This document shows positions 27,397 to 42,137 of a stretch of 64,000 nucleotides of DNA, piece by piece; the first letter of the stretch is position 1; every line of letters starts with the position of its first letter. This stretch comes from Trichosphaerium sp. ATCC 40318. Lineage: Eukaryota; Protista; Tubulinea. The notes under the pieces were generated by a model, which was given only the letters and a program-made list of their open reading frames with translations, made no database searches and was not told where the DNA came from. Location: contig JALMLS010000589.1 of assembly GCA_038496445.1 (NCBI GenBank), positions 62,001-126,000 of the forward strand, written 5' to 3'. A program made the position numbers and the translations under genes.

Positions 27397-28542
27397 TAAA
27401 CAATAAAAAAGTTTCAAACCTTATTTTGTAACATGATGGCAATAATCCCGTTCTTTTCACTTGAAGTATTACACATGGTTAAGAATCATATTTGTCGCAA
27501 AACGCTGAGTAGTGGTTAAAGGTAAGTGCTCAGAAAGGTCGAACTTTTTTTTTATCACTAGTTCTTCTTACCTTATAGCCTTACGTTGTTATTGAATCCC
27601 AATGAGCACCTGAATGTTTACGGAAATTAATTTTCGTTATCGTACCAAGTCACATTGAAAGAACCCCAAAAAAAGAAAAAAGTTGGAAAAGAAAGTTGTG
27701 GGTTTATGACGGAAATAATAAATATCCTTTGTTATTAATCTACGAGCACCTTTAGTAATCCTTACGCCTGTTCGGTTATGTGCGCAAAGAAAAACTTTCG
27801 AGACAAAGCGGTACAATACCAATTTGAGCGAGTTTTATCGGGTTTTATTAACTCCAAACTATACAGTCTCATTTCACCGTAAAAATGTTACGAAGACTAC
27901 CACGACAATAGTCCAGCCTTGTACGAAATGAATCTTGGGGTTTCTCAGCTTCAGATTTTTCGTAGATAGTTCAAAACAGCAAAGGTAAAGAAGCCCAACT
28001 GAAAGACAAGTTCGCTAAAACAGACACAGCGGTTTTGCTGAATTACGAGTGGCTTAACATCCATAGTTATGTCAGCTTAGAATTCTGGCACACTGCTCCT
28101 AATAGCACCTAAAGCAAGCAAAGAATAAGGTAAGCAACGTCATGATAGTTTCATGTCATTTGAAGCACCTTCAAACGCACGTGAAGATAACTTTTCCTAA
28201 AAAACTTCAACCAATACCTGTTGCCCACCTTGCATTACATAGGATTTTAACACTGTTTAAAAGTTTCACGCATGGACACGTAAAAATGGACAAGGAAGCG
28301 CAAAAAGCCTGGGATTTGACATGAAATAACCATTTTGAGTTATCGCCTGATTTTTCCGGATATTTTGTAGACCTTGTGCAACTCTGCACCATCCTTACGG
28401 ATTAATTTACGTGAGCATAAGATCAGAAACTCACGTGTGCTACAAATCGGAGACCTTTAAAAGTAGGCTTAGCGTTAAGTAAGATTGCGTTATTCAATCC
28501 TAGCGCTTCAGCCATAAAAACATTGAAGGACAACTGGTATGT

Positions 28543-31320
28543 TTATTTATTTACACCTCTTACTGAAAATTGTGTTTCTACAAGATTCAAATAGGCAGGC
28601 GTTGATGTGAGCAACTCCTAGTAACAATGTTAATTCTTATTTCATTGAGAGACTTACTTGATGTGTTCCTTTTCCTATCACTTGTCCGTCCTCTAGAACG
28701 ACTATTTGATCTGCATGAATTACAGTTGAAAGCCTAAAAAAATGGTTAGGTACATATTATATGTTATGTTAGAAACACGTGAGATGTACCGGTGTGCAAT
28801 TATTACTTGAGTTACGGTATGATGGAGTTGTTGTATTGAGTCTTGAATAGCCTTTTCAGAGATACTATCAAGAGAACTTGTGCTTTCATCAAGTATAAGT
28901 AAGGAAGGATTTAGTACTAAAGCTCTAGCAATAGCAACGCGCTGTCTTTGTCCACCTTGTCAAGATAATGAGCGAAGAAGATACGCGTATGCCAAACAAA
29001 AAAAAACCAAAAAGAAAGTGAACCTGATAACTTAATACCACGTTCTCCAATTAACGCTTGGTATCCTTTAGGCGCTTTTATTATAAAATCATGAGCATTA
29101 GCACTGCGATTCAGAAAGGAGGTTAGTAGCTGAGAAACCAATGTGGGCAAAGAACTGTCAAGAAAAAAATACCGTTTTGCTGCTGTAATGATTTCTTCCA
29201 TAGTTGCTTCCGGTTTTCCGTATGAAATATTGTCTGCGATAGATCTATCAAATAGACTGCTATCTTGCATCACAATAGAAACCTTTCGTCTCAGAGATTC
29301 TCTTTTGGCTCCTTTTAGATTAATTCCGTCCCATAGGATGGATCCTTCTTGAGGATCATAAAAGCGGAGCAAGAGATTGGCCAGAGTAGTCTTCCCAGAA
29401 CCAGAATGGCCTAAGTAGTAGTTGTTAGTAAGAAATACCACCAAAGGATGTTCTTTATGCTTGACACATGCGAAGTTGAGAACAAGTGTCAGCTGGTAAA
29501 ACAACTTTTTTTGTATAATTTTTTGTTATATATAAGCAACGTACCAACAAGAGCTGTTGTTGTTCCTGCTTTGATCGAAAATGAAATCTAGGATGTTTAT
29601 TGTTTGTTATTTACCCTTAGTTGTGTTTATACGTACACGTTTGATAGCTGGAGTAGCACCTTTTATTTTATTGTAAGTGAAAGAAACATCTCTAAGTTCT
29701 ATTTCTTTGTTTAAATCTGGAAGATCTTTTGCGTTTTTTGCATCCTTGAGCGTGTCCTCTGTGGCAATTATATTGTATAAATGTATTACCTTACTAATAC
29801 TATTCATCATTCTACTGTAACCACCAGCAAACTTATCTAAGAAGATCCAGCCAGTAAGCAAAAAAAAAACCTTCAAAAAGCAAAGACAATTATCAAAACA
29901 CAAACACATGCGGATAAATCACATTTAAACGACTTTTTTACAAGTTTTGGTCAAATAGTACATACTCAAAGGAAATAAAGTCAAATCTTGATATCTTATC
30001 AATAACAACAAGGTACCAACAGTCATAGTTCCATTGTTTATCTGCGATACACCGTAAAGTATTACAGCAGCTTTAGTAGCTGCCTCTACTAGTTTCTGAT
30101 ACCCATTTCTATAGTACATTAAAGCATCTTCTTTGTATCTAGTTGTATGATAACCATGCCATCGTTGAACAAAACGAAATACTTCAGCAATACCTAGAGG
30201 AAAAAAAAGATGAGAAAAAACCAAGATAAAAAATGGCTGTGGATGTTTGTACCTCTTCCGAATGATTTAACAGATCTAATATTAGATACACCATCATATA
30301 GTGTTTGATTAGCTCCCGCATAATAATGGTGTTGGAGGGTGTGAAGCTTTTTCCGAGCACCATACCAATAGTATCCGAAAAAAAAGTTAACGGATATTGT
30401 TGGTACGAAAAGCCACCAAGGGGCTATCATAATCGCCGAGTACAAGGCCATAAGGAAAGGTAATAAGTCCAGTAGTAAGTATTGACCGTATATTTCGTGT
30501 ATTAGAACCCAGATATTAGCTGCGCCTTTCTCGATTTTAGCACCGATTTCACCTAAAATTTGGTTAGCTTCACAGCGTTCTGTGGTTTTTCTCTTATTTT
30601 TAAAGCCTGAAATCTCTTAGTACCTGCATTGGTGTTATCGTGCCAATCAACAGGTAGGTTGTAAAAACACTTTAGCCCACAATAACGCCAAGAATCATCA
30701 ACTTGAGTTGCCATATACATTTTTAAGCTATCACATAACATTACGTTTAACCTTCTTAACATTACAACAACAAACCAATACCCAATAAACCACTAAAAGA
30801 AAAACACTATCAGAATAAACCTTCTCAACTACAAAGTGACTAAAAACGTAATGTCCACAGTGAGTGGTCAAGAGAAGAAGCGCAATTTGAAGATTTTTAA
30901 GTACTTTTAAAAAAGGGAAGAGAAAGTTGCCACGTGCGTACCTTCATCTTTGGAGATGTTGGGTCTTTTAAAATAAGATCAATGATATTTGTCAATAATA
31001 AAGGCATGGCAACACAAAGAAGAGAGTACGTTACACTAAAAATAACACAACAGGCAAGTAATCTTGCATCTGATCCCAACCTAGAAAAGTTGTCAACATT
31101 TATTTGGTCTTTGGCTAAAAACTAGGCTACGCCGAACACGGTCTATTCATGAAAACCCATAGTACCAAGCTGTCATTGAGACGCTTTTGATAACTTTGAA
31201 TTCTGGGCTATCTGTTGATTTGCATGTCTGCTTAACAACCCTCTCAACTATTTCAGCGTTCTTTAGAGTTCGCGGTTTATCTTGTACAAACGAAAGAAGA
31301 GGTGTTGCTTCGTCTGTCAT
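28543..31320 (-). CDS. ABCB-type half transporter (TMD-NBD)
   Basis: Walker [11 protein letters not shown]-loop VMQD, signature [26 protein letters not shown], and N-terminal TM exons. Confidence 0.93.
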
Positions 31321-32172
31321 GACGTTAAGTTAAGATCTCTTTTTCGGTAACAAGTCACGAATAAGTCACTTTTATTTTCTTCATACGCACGTGACCATAG
31401 TTTAATGGCGTACTAGAGTAATTTAAGAATAGTTTAGTATTATTTGATCAAATAGGGGTTAATGAATGTAAGAATACTACTAGAATTGATAGCGAAAACG
31501 TTAGACATACTTTTGTGGCACACAAAGTCTAAGTTAACTAGAAAACTCTCTAACTTTTCAAAATATTGGCAAACAGTCGTTTTGCTGAAATCACAATCGA
31601 AGGCCTTCACGTGATTACTAAACCATAGCGAGCAAAAATTGAACCCCTAGGATGGACAACATTTGCATGGCTAGTAACCAAGTGGTCGCTATACATTGAT
31701 AAATTAATTATTATAAAGACCCTGTGAAGGATCTAGCGTACCGGAAAATTGTAGAATCCCCTTGTCCCCTTCATACTTGCAAGTACTTTGACTGACAGTC
31801 TACATAAGAAACAAAACTTTCATCTCACACAAGAGTTACAACGTTTCATTCTAAAATCAGACGTCCTGGAAGAGTTACAACCAGATAGTCGAAATAGAGA
31901 ATTGATACGAAAGTAGCGTTACAACCGGTCAAACCTGGTTCTTAGTTTACTTTGAAAAGAAAACCATGGCAAATACAACCAACAGTCACAAGTTGAATCA
32001 GACTTTGAATTTTATTTAAAGTTTCCTCTGTTATCCAAAAACACAGCGACAACTACAAGGTTTGATGATGACTTAAAGAAACATGGAAAGCGAACATACT
32101 AAACTGTTCACATTGAGTGCAAGCGACTTAAACGTTGCTGTCTTAATGCAAAATCACAAAAATTCAGCAACA

Positions 32173-32803
32173 ATGAAACTCCTCCTCGTTCTCGCAATTA
32201 CCCTTGTAGTAGCTGTTACTTACGCAAACGTTATTGAATGCGATGGTACGTACTGTTAATCTTTTTTCTGACATTGGATCGTCACATCGGGCCTAACACG
32301 TTTCTCTTGTCATCTAGCTTGTAGAGTGGTTATGAATTTTGCCGAAAAGAAGGTTACTTCGTCCTCTACTCAAGCAGAGATCGAAAAAATACTAGATGCA
32401 GCGTGCAAAGTAGTAAAAGCTTTCGAAACCAAGGTCCGCTTTATTAGCCAGAAAAAACCAATTTCTTGCGCGACTTGTGTTCTTTTTGGGTTTTTCACTC
32501 TTCCCACGTGATTTTTTTTCAAAACAATCGAAACTTCTTGTTGGTTTTCGCATTTGGGTTTTCTACTCTAGTACTCCAATGCCTTGTACCTCTCGCTTGG
32601 TAAAACGATTGCGTATCATACAAAAAAAATAATACCGCGAAACGTTTATCTTACCTACAGTGTAGTGTGAAAGCCTTGTCGCCAAGGAAGTACCTAAATT
32701 AGCCCAATTATTGAAGGATAAAGAAACACCAAAATCTATCTGTCACGCCCTTGGAGTATGCTCTACTGCCGAAGCTGCACGCCCACTTGGATCAAACTTT
32801 TAA
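32173..32803 (+). CDS. Secreted saposin-like protein (SAPLIP, amoebapore-like fold)
   Basis: Signal peptide, then six Cys in saposin-B spacing: ECDACR...AACK...KCESLV...SICHALGVC. Confidence 0.88.
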
Positions 32804-33308
32804 TTGTAATGATTAATAAATCACCTGCGTCGTCGCATGTTCTACGTAATGACGTTTTCTACCAATGAAATCATTATCAAACCTTGTTATCTTTCTTTAA
32901 GTATCATGGTAAAGAGAATGCAAAACAGATTTCTTGACCAGAGCTCTGTGTGCAGCTTTAACACATATATATCTGTCAGATAAACCTTTGGCGATCTTGC
33001 CCACCACCGCCGCTACCTCCCATCTCCTGTTCTCAAACAAGTGCGTTTGGGTTGTCGCTGGTCCACTAACTGCTAGTTTTCCATGGAAAAAAAAGTTCTT
33101 GACAATTGTTGTGTTTTGGTGTATCCTATATTGAATTTATCACGTAATAAAAGATGTCAATTGGGTGTTTCTTTTTCGGATAGTTCAACTTGTCTTTCGG
33201 GCTAACTTGTTGTGTATGAGTTTGTTTTTTGCTTTAAACTGTTTCTTATTAACCCCTACCATTTTTGTGAAGGGGTACTATCAGTGTAGTACATGAACTG
33301 TATGTCGT

Positions 33309-35092
33309 TTATTTAGAAGGTTTTTCAACTACAGCTACAAGGCAAAGTCCCATTACTCCATCATGGTATACCTAATTAACCATTAAGTATTTAAATAAGG
33401 TGTATAAATAGCTTATGTCGTACGTTGCTATGGTAGTGAGCAGAGAGGGTCATTTTGTCACCTAGATGCGAAAAAGTTAAAAAAGTTTGAAGCTGTATGT
33501 AGGACTATTTACCTTTGAACATTTGGTAAGGTTTTGGAAAGGATTCTGTTGTAATGGCCACAAGGTATCCTTTTTCATTTCCAGCGGTAGTACCGTTACC
33601 ATATGTAGGGTATGCAGTGTAAATAGGTTTATCATTAACAGAGAAAGTAACTAAAAAAAGATAAGAACAACATCAGCCTCTACGTCAACAGAAAGTCGGA
33701 ATCTGAACTCAGCGTTTCCGTTTTGCTTGTTTGCGTACCATTGATACCACCTAAATACAATATACGTCAGCTACGCAATTGCTTAAATTTTTAATCACGT
33801 GTTTTTCACGTGCGACGTACCGATGTGCATGTGACCAACGAGTATTACAATATCAGCATCTACCTTTGCGGTGTATGAAGATTCTCTGAAATCGACGCAA
33901 TCACCACCCTTGCAAGCAGGAACTAAAGTTTCTAGGTTAGATACTGTTCAAGCATTAAAGTCAATAGGAAACTTACCATTGTACTGGAAGTTGCAATCAG
34001 CAACGTCAAAGTTATATATTGTTAAAGGTGTGAGGTTATCTTCAAGTGGTTGCCATGTAACAGTATAACGAAGGTAGTATGTTTTCATATCTGTTGGAGA
34101 ACCAGGGAACGTTTGGCAACTGATATTTGTTTCCGCTAACCAAGAGTAAGTTTTACTCCAAATAAAAAAGCGTACCTGTTGTTGGACAACATTGTAAACC
34201 TCCTCCGGCATTATCGCCACCAGGACAATGACCTTGAGAAAAGTCAGGTCTAACTTCGTAGAAATAGTAGAATCTTACACTCGATGCAATGCTTAACGTC
34301 CTCTACATGAGTTGTTCTTAATACGTGAATGGAAGCCATCCAGTGCATTTCTGGTTTTAGTGGAAGGCCGTATCCAGCAGGAAAGCGAATAGGTGTGCCT
34401 ATTTGAAACAAATGAGCTGACGTGAGAAAAAAACAGAAGTAACACCTCTAGTTTCAGCTCCGACACCCAATACGTATGTCAAAGATTGACATGGACCTCC
34501 GTTGCCAAGTGCATCACCAAGAATCCTATAATATAGACCATGAGAACCAAGACGAATACAGATAACGTACCAGTGATGTAGGTACACTTCATCTAAAAGT
34601 ACGCTCTTATTTTGAGAGTCAACAACTTGAGCGTGGAATCCCTAAACAATCATTATTCCCAAATAATCACGTGATGAAAATTTTTTTTCTGGTTGTTACC
34701 GTAATATAACCTGACTCAGGCATCTTCATTGGTGTTTTTTCGGCATCGGACTGAATGACCCAACCTAAGAAGGCGTAAGTGGCTTACAACAAAAAAGGGG
34801 AGAAAATATTTGCCGACTTTGCCGTAAAGCCTCAATATCGGGTACAGCTCTTGTCTTGTGCTATTTATTGACATAATTACCTGGTCTGAGAGGAAGAGCT
34901 GGAGACAAATACGTCTGCTCGTGTGTTGTACCGTAGACGTTATGTTCTACCTCTTGAAATTCGCCAATGATGTATGCGAAAGAAACAGCTACAAACGGCC
35001 GTTGTTAGTAAATACACAACTGCGTTATTTACGACAACAGTTTATATTCATGTACCTACGCATATGACAAGTAAAGAAACGTTGCGCAACAT
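33309..35092 (-). CDS. Secreted SURNod19-like protein
   Basis: YLHHW, GPCQSLTYVLGVGAETRG, YYLRYTVTW, GHMHIGG, HDGVMG. Confidence 0.75.
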
Positions 35093-35992
35093 TGTTGAAG
35101 CTTTACAGAATGGTGACTTGACGTGACAAGAAAAATCAGCCGGACTTTTTTTTTGTGTATTGTTTTTTGATGTTGTCTTGTTTTTAAGGGTAAACACTCT
35201 CATTGTCTATATCACGTGCTCTTAGGGTATCTTATTTTTTTCGGAAATACGCCGGTTTAGTTCCACTAAACACATGTGTTAAAAAAAAAGGCAAGTTGAA
35301 GACGTGCGCGTAGAACGTCAGTTACAAAATAAACTGTGGTGTAAAGCATCACTGAAATGTTGTCTTTTTGAATCTGGTAACAAGCACCAACAAAGAGAAT
35401 TTTTTTATTTCACCTATACTTTTAGGAATAAATGTCACCTCAGTGATTTGTGCATTGCCTTTTTTTTACACTTCTCACGTTGATTGTCGTTAGCAAAGAG
35501 AACTAGTTAGCTTCTTGTCAATGTGTCTTTTATTCTTTCTTAAAACAATAGGTGTAAATCCTGGTGTTTACTCGTTTATTCTTTGGCTGTTGGAATAAAT
35601 ATTTCTGGCATGAACCAATAATACACTCAAGTGTACAACGACGTAAGCATCACCGGCATTACTCTATGATAACATAGCAAGCATACATCTTGTAGTCTTG
35701 ACCGCTATTTGGCGTTGCTGTAAGCATGGCTTATAACAGGTGACCGCAAAACCAAGTGTCAGATATCTATTACATGATGTTTCAACATACCAAAAATAAT
35801 TACACGTGACGCCAACTACTGTTTTAGCAACAAACCTCTAACACCTCGTATATCTCTTGCTTCTTTTGCGGGCTTGTACTTACCAATACCACTTGAAATT
35901 ACAGCACAATACGTGCGGTATTTCTAAGAAGAGACAGAGACTGCAAACGACTAATTTGGCGGTTTTTTTTTATTTCAAACCGTTAAATAACA

Positions 35993-37750
35993 ATGACATC
36001 TGTTGCGCTTCCTAATGGTATTACTCTCAAAGAGATTAAATCTACAGCATCTGCTTTTGTTTTAAAGTACAACGAGATTGAAGTAACCGAAGTCCAAATC
36101 AGAAGGCACCTGGTACGCCTACAGATACTCTACGTGTACATGCTAACGTTAAAAAGGAGAAAAGCTACGATTTAGACCGTAACGCCTTAGAACAAGCAGA
36201 TATTATTAAAAAGCTCTCTACTATCTTCTCTAGCATCCGTACAGAGAAACTAGAGGAGCACGCGTCAAAAGAAAACGCTGATCAAAACATGTCAGATACG
36301 AACAGATCAAAAAAACGTAAACGCGGACTTGTACGTACAAACCCTTAGCGAAGCACCTAACAGTAAAAAAAGCAAAACAGAAAAATTTAGCCGTTATTTT
36401 CTAAATTCGTACTAAATCTCTTAAAACTCTTCCGTTACTTATTTTTGTGCGTGAATATCATCCTGAATACTTTTTTTACGCATTTGAAGCTTTTTTACGC
36501 GATATTTTTTCTGACGTTTTTTTTAAAGCCAAAGCCAGTGATGAACGACAGCGAGTCAACAAACTCACCACGTAAGAAAAAAAGAAAGATTATTATCAAG
36601 CGTACACCAAAGAAAACAACTACTCCTGCTTCGCCTCAATCTCCAAGAAGAATTATTAAGATAAAAAGAAAGCCAACAACACCTAAAAGAGCAAACAAGT
36701 ATGTAACTATCAAGAAAAAATCCAACATGAAGAAAAAGACCGAAGTAACTCCAAAGAAGAATACGTAAGTTGTTGCCTTTCTACACCCTCTAGCCTCTTC
36801 GTTTTGTCCTCTTTCTTCGATGATTTACTAACGTATATATGTCTAGAGACGTAGAGATCGATGATTACGTACCTCCAGAGGAGACCGTAGCGAAGAAGAC
36901 CAAGACACCAAAGAAGGTAAAAAATCAAAACAAAAAAATGTCTTTTATGTTTTATTTCACGTGGTTTATCTTTTTTTCCTTTTCTCCTTTTCCCCTCTCG
37001 CCTATCATACATTGCGAACAGGTGGAATTGACGACGTCTCGATATATACGTTAATGACTGAGTTCAAAAAGAAATAGATAGAAATTTCACTAAAAAACTG
37101 AAATCCGAGTTTTTCTTTCTCAAACTTTTCTGCTTCCTTGTAGCCCCCTTTTACCTATGGACTACCAAGTTGATTTATATCAAGTATACTGTATTAACGT
37201 TTTGCTTAGGGTAAGACAACTAAGAAACAAGAGGAGACTCTAAAACGTGTTGCTCGTAAAACGAAGCTTCTTAAAGAAATTGGTGTACACCCTGGTCCTA
37301 TGGCACGCATGACACCTGATGAGAGACATGAGAAAGTAAAAGATTTAATGGAGCAATACGGCGCTAGCTTTTCCCTCTCTAAGAAAGAACGTGAAGCTCT
37401 AAAAGACAAAATCACAACTCAACGTGCGTTTAATAAGTCTAATTATTTCTCGGATTTTTTTTTAATATCTGTTCGCTTGTTGTTTACTCAGACAATTGGT
37501 TGGTTTGAAACTTAGTATTATTATAGGCGAACTTGATGACTTGCTGAAGACACGTTATTACCAGAAACAGGACATTAAATTGGATGGTACGTGATGAAAT
37601 TCTATTTTTTTTAAATTTTTTGACTCTTTTCTGATTTTTCTTTGTTTAGAGGATACTGAAGGACCAAGTACACGTAGGAGAAGCAAGATTAACTTTAAGC
37701 CAGAAGTAGACTATGGTCTTTCTGATGAAGAAGTTTCTTTCGATGAGTAA
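35993..37750 (+). CDS. Basic nuclear protein with a DEK-C-like N-terminus and a CHZ/HIRIP3-like C-terminus
   Basis: VTEVQIRRHLEKSYDL, a Lys-rich middle with SP/TPxK sites, and a helical C-terminus ...QRELDDL...STRRRSK. Confidence 0.55.
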
Positions 37751-38047
37751 TTTATGTTACCAAACTAGCAATTGTACAATAAAAAAAACATTGTTGTTAC
37801 TTTTTTTTTTTCGAAAACCATAGGTATGTTTCGTGTTTGTAAATCGAATAAATTGACAATTGATATTGCCCTTGCTGTTGCCTGTACCGTACTATATGCA
37901 AGGTTTTCTGTCCTCGGAAACAATGAACACAAACTACACTTGACGCAAAATGTACCTCATTTAAACTCCGTGAACTCGGCTATGACTTAATCTGCTTTAT
38001 TTTAGGATACATTATTGTAAGCAACGTTAATCCTACGTACTATAACG

Positions 38048-39437
38048 ATGGACACGAAAAACAACGGCAATGGATACTTTAATTGGTTGTACAATATGTT
38101 AGTTGTACGAAACGCCGTAAAACAACTCAATTTCGCTCACATAGTAAAAAACAGGCTCCTTTTACGAGTATTAGCGGATTTATACGGTATTTGACTACAG
38201 GCATTTTATACGCTCAAAATAGTCGTATTTTAGCTAAACCAGGTACGCTTTAACGCTTAAAAGGCGTTAAACGGTCTTCAATGTTCACAAATTGTTTTAT
38301 CCCTAAAACTTGTTTCAAAGGTAAGCCACTGGCCGAAACTCTACCTAGCGAGATTCAAGAGTACATTTGCTCGTTTTCACCGGACGCGTTTACAAAATGG
38401 CACACGCTATCAAAAAAGACGGCTACTGCAACGCATTACGATAAGAATATGCAACAGCGAGGTAAATGGCTTCGTTGGCATAAAGGTGGCGCTCATGTGC
38501 AAAGAGAGTATATTCGTTTACCAAACGGACATCAATCTGTACGAGGCTGGTATTCTAATGGCGTACGTGGTTTTTCGAATATTTATTTATTTGCAAAGAG
38601 TGAGTTCACTGAGTTTTCAATTGGACACGTGTCACAGTTTTCGAAACCAAACATGTGTTGATTCTGGAAGTACTTCTTTGTTAACAAATTTCTCCTTAAA
38701 ACCGTTAACACAAGAGCTTATCAGCAGACATACTTTGGATTGGTTTCAAGTGTTGCTAGAGTGTTGTTTGTTCGCAACTCTTTTGATGTCTTTTTGAAAG
38801 TGTTTCATCACGTGATTCTTTACGTATAATTTTTGTTTGACTTTGATTTAAGGCTTTGGAGCTCAAGTACATAAAAGTAAGTTCTACAACAGCGCACGGA
38901 AAGCTTGAAAAGTGGCATAAAAACGGTCAGTTACAGATTGAAGAGTATTATAACTATGGTGTACCAACAGGAACAAGTACAGAGTTTTATGACAATGGTA
39001 AAAAGAAAACAGAAAAAAGTTTTGATAGTAATGGTAAAGAACATGGTTTAACAAAACACTGGTTTGAGAATGGTCAATTAAAATTCACTATGACTATATC
39101 ACATGGTGCTATTCAAGGCGAACATAAGACTTGGTATGAAAATGGTCAGTTAGCTCAACATTTCTACTTTGAACGTAACCTTCTTAATGGACCTTGTAAA
39201 TCATGGTTTGATAATGGTCAAGAGATGTTTGTGGGTACATATTTTGATGGAAAACAACATGGAGAATATGAGGAATGGCATCGAAATGGAAGAGTTAGAA
39301 TGGTTGCTGTACATGATCATGGAAAGCCTCTACCAGGGTATAGAGTATTTAATGAATACGGCCAGCAAATTCCTAATTATAAGCTACTTGATGAGAAGCT
39401 GAATAATGGGGAAGTGGCACCTACAAGCCCGTTTTAA
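38048..39437 (+). CDS. Intron-containing F-box protein with MORN-variant repeats
   Basis: LPSEIQEYICSF and repeated HG..(W/F).NGQ units. The 5' exons are approximate. Confidence 0.75.
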
Positions 39438-40009
39438 CATTAAGTCAAAAAAAAAAGTATGTAAACAATAAAAAATACTTTTATGTCAATTAAACTGTCT
39501 GGCACTCACCAAATTATGCCACTATACCCTGTACTGAACGTTAAGTTCAAAGTGTTGGATATACCTATGAACCATTACCAGGTTTTGGTAAAATTTTGGG
39601 ATATAGGAACCAGTTAGACTATTGATCGATAGTCCATATTTTATAAACAAGGCAAATTTTTGCAAGAATTCCAAGTTTCGACTCGTTCGTTATTGGTGTG
39701 GGCGTAGTTTACTAATGTAAGCACATAGCAAATTAGAACTCTTACAGTACAGCTATTGCAACTTTAATTGCTTGAAAGTTAACCTGGTTAACGGGTAACA
39801 ACAAAAGTACAAAGGATGCAGATAGTGATGTTAAACGACTGAAGTCAAGTCGACTCAAAATTTTGGCATCGGCTGACTTGGGCGACTTGAAATGGCCTCA
39901 ATTTCAGAAAAAATTAGGAAAAATACAACGCCCTCAGCACTTTGGTGGCATCACATTGGTGTGTCACGTTAGATGTCAATTTTTTTTTATCTTTAGGTAA
40001 TTTCACACT

Positions 40010-41615
40010 TCATGGATCTTGTGGATACACCAAGCCAATCTGTTTTTTAACTTCATCAATAATTTTACAAAACACCAGGGATTCATCCAATGTCATCAAT
40101 GGACTTTCAAGTTTACCCTGTTTGGTTCTTGGCTAAGAAAAAAAACTGGAATTTGTTTGTTGTTTCTACTTACCTCTTGCATGCAATGAGTAACATGTTC
40201 AGCTTCATATGCCATTCCTGTTCCATTTGTAAAATGGATTTTTGATAACTCTGGATCTTCGTTGAGTAGTACATTAGGTGGTAATGGAAAATCAAAAACT
40301 TTAGGTGTTGCTGCCTCACCCTCGAACAAATGAACCTGCATGATTCAAATTAACATCAAAAAGTCGTAAGGACCTTACCTGTGATGGGCACCAAAACGGC
40401 TTTGGAACAATTATACGACCTTTAGTACCCCAGATACTAGCTGAGTTATCTTGAGGTGTGATAAAACTCGACATTAAAGTAGCTTGTCGACCATTTTCAT
40501 AGCCTACAAAAAGTGAACACAAACTCGACAATTATTAATAATTTTTTTCGTACCAAGCAAAATTGCGTTCTGTTCGTCAAACTTTTCTACACTATCAAGT
40601 ACTCCAGTAGCCTTATTTATGAAATATTAAGAAGTGTTAGTTAACGGTTAATGCGTACTTTAATAGAACAAGGCATCTGCGGCCCAAGTATCATAGACGC
40701 AAAAGCAATTGGATAAACACCAATATCCAATAATGCTCCAGCACCATATTCCAGTTTATTCTACACCACAAGATGTTAATGATACTGTTAAACTAATCAT
40801 CTTTGTAAACATACGTATCTTGGATTATCTATAGTTGTTGCATTAAACCCAAAACTAGCTGACACAGTTTTAACCTTCAAAAAAAAAAATCAATTAATTG
40901 TTTCATCTGCTTTGTACTACGTACTTCGCCAATTGCTCCCTCAGTAATGAGCTCCTGAACTTTTTTAATTGCAGGAAAGAACCTGAAAATAAATTACGGA
41001 TTAAATCACGTGACAAAATTATTCCGAAAGCTTGTTACAACTAAAATAAAGACGAAGCGAAAAATACGAATAGCAGTAGTTACCTTGTCCACAAAGCTTC
41101 CATTAAAAACACCTTGGCTCGTTTGGCCGCGTTTATAACGTTTTCTCCTTCTTTACCATTCATCGTAAGAGGCTTCTCGCATAATACTGCCACACCTATT
41201 AATGAGCGTAAGAAGCTATTACTTTATCGTTTAATCGAGGTTACTTTGTACCATTGTTTAAATACTCCAAAGCAAGCTTCTCGTGATGTGTATGTATAAC
41301 ACCAATGTATACAATATCGATAATACCACTTTTAGCAAGTTCCAAGTGAGATCTATGTACTAGCCTTTAAAAAACAAATTTTTGACTAAAATCACGAGCC
41401 CAAAAGCGTTGGGTATGCCTCTTATTGTTGCGAACTTTTTTGCTTTTTCAAGTGTTCTACTCGCAACACCAGTGACTTCAGCGCCTATAACTGTAATGAG
41501 TGAATACGCTGAGCGAAGAAAGAACACCTTTTACGCTTTTTAGAGCTGCAAAGAAATCATCACTTATTTTCCCTGTTCCAGCGATACCCCAGTTGATTGT
41601 CTTTGCAGTAGACAT
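40010..41615 (-). CDS. DHDH: Gfo/Idh/MocA oxidoreductase (dimeric dihydrodiol/xylose dehydrogenase)
   Basis: INWGIAGTGKIS, DIVYIG, LCEKPLTMN, LMEALWT, GALLDIGVYP, PFWCP, GMAYEAEHV. Confidence 0.92.
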
Positions 41616-41929
41616 TATGAATGAACAGAAATTCGCATTTCGTAGTCAATATTGTTCTAGTTATGTTAAGGCACTGTGTTGCTGTGAAATTCTAGTACCA
41701 AGTCTATCTTATGCATCTACAATAATGGTAAAAGAAAGAAGGTGAGAATTGCTAACTGGTATACTGCTTCGATCGACAGCAAACAAGAAGGAGAGTAGCA
41801 AGTGATGGAAGAAAACAGTCACTTGTACAATTATTGTAATTACGATAATACAAACACCTCTCGTTGTAACTTTTGAGCACATATGTAACGTGATTTTAGT
41901 GGCTACAAGACTTAATTGTAATTTTGGAA

Positions 41930-42137
41930 TTTCGTTGTTCTGCTGTCCCTCTGATCTGTAAACACTTTCAAAAGTGTATAAATCTTTTTTCCAAATATCC
42001 TTAGGAGATGTTGCAGCAAGTTTGGCAATACCTTTTCTTTTGTTTTCAAGCTCTTTTGAATACTTTTCGATGTATCCAGTGCTTAGGCAACCTGTCGGAA
42101 AATTGAGGATATCTATGTCATCCACAGGCAAAAACTG
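41930..42137 (-). pseudogene. Orphan fragment resembling the C-terminal end of the DNA topoisomerase II core
   Basis: DILNFPTGCLS...LAATSPKDIWKKDLYTFE resembles Top2 YLLxMPLWxLT...SPxDLWxEDL. There is no room for the rest of the gene. Confidence 0.5.

Noticed and set aside
27500-27555. tRNA or Pol III-like element (agtggttaaagg...ggtcgaac followed by a T-run)
   Set aside because: No cloverleaf can be formed and the box matches are weak.
29836-29965. Apparent TG acceptor or frameshift in the ABC transporter
   Set aside because: The cttcttag acceptor gives an in-frame FPLNKFAGGY.
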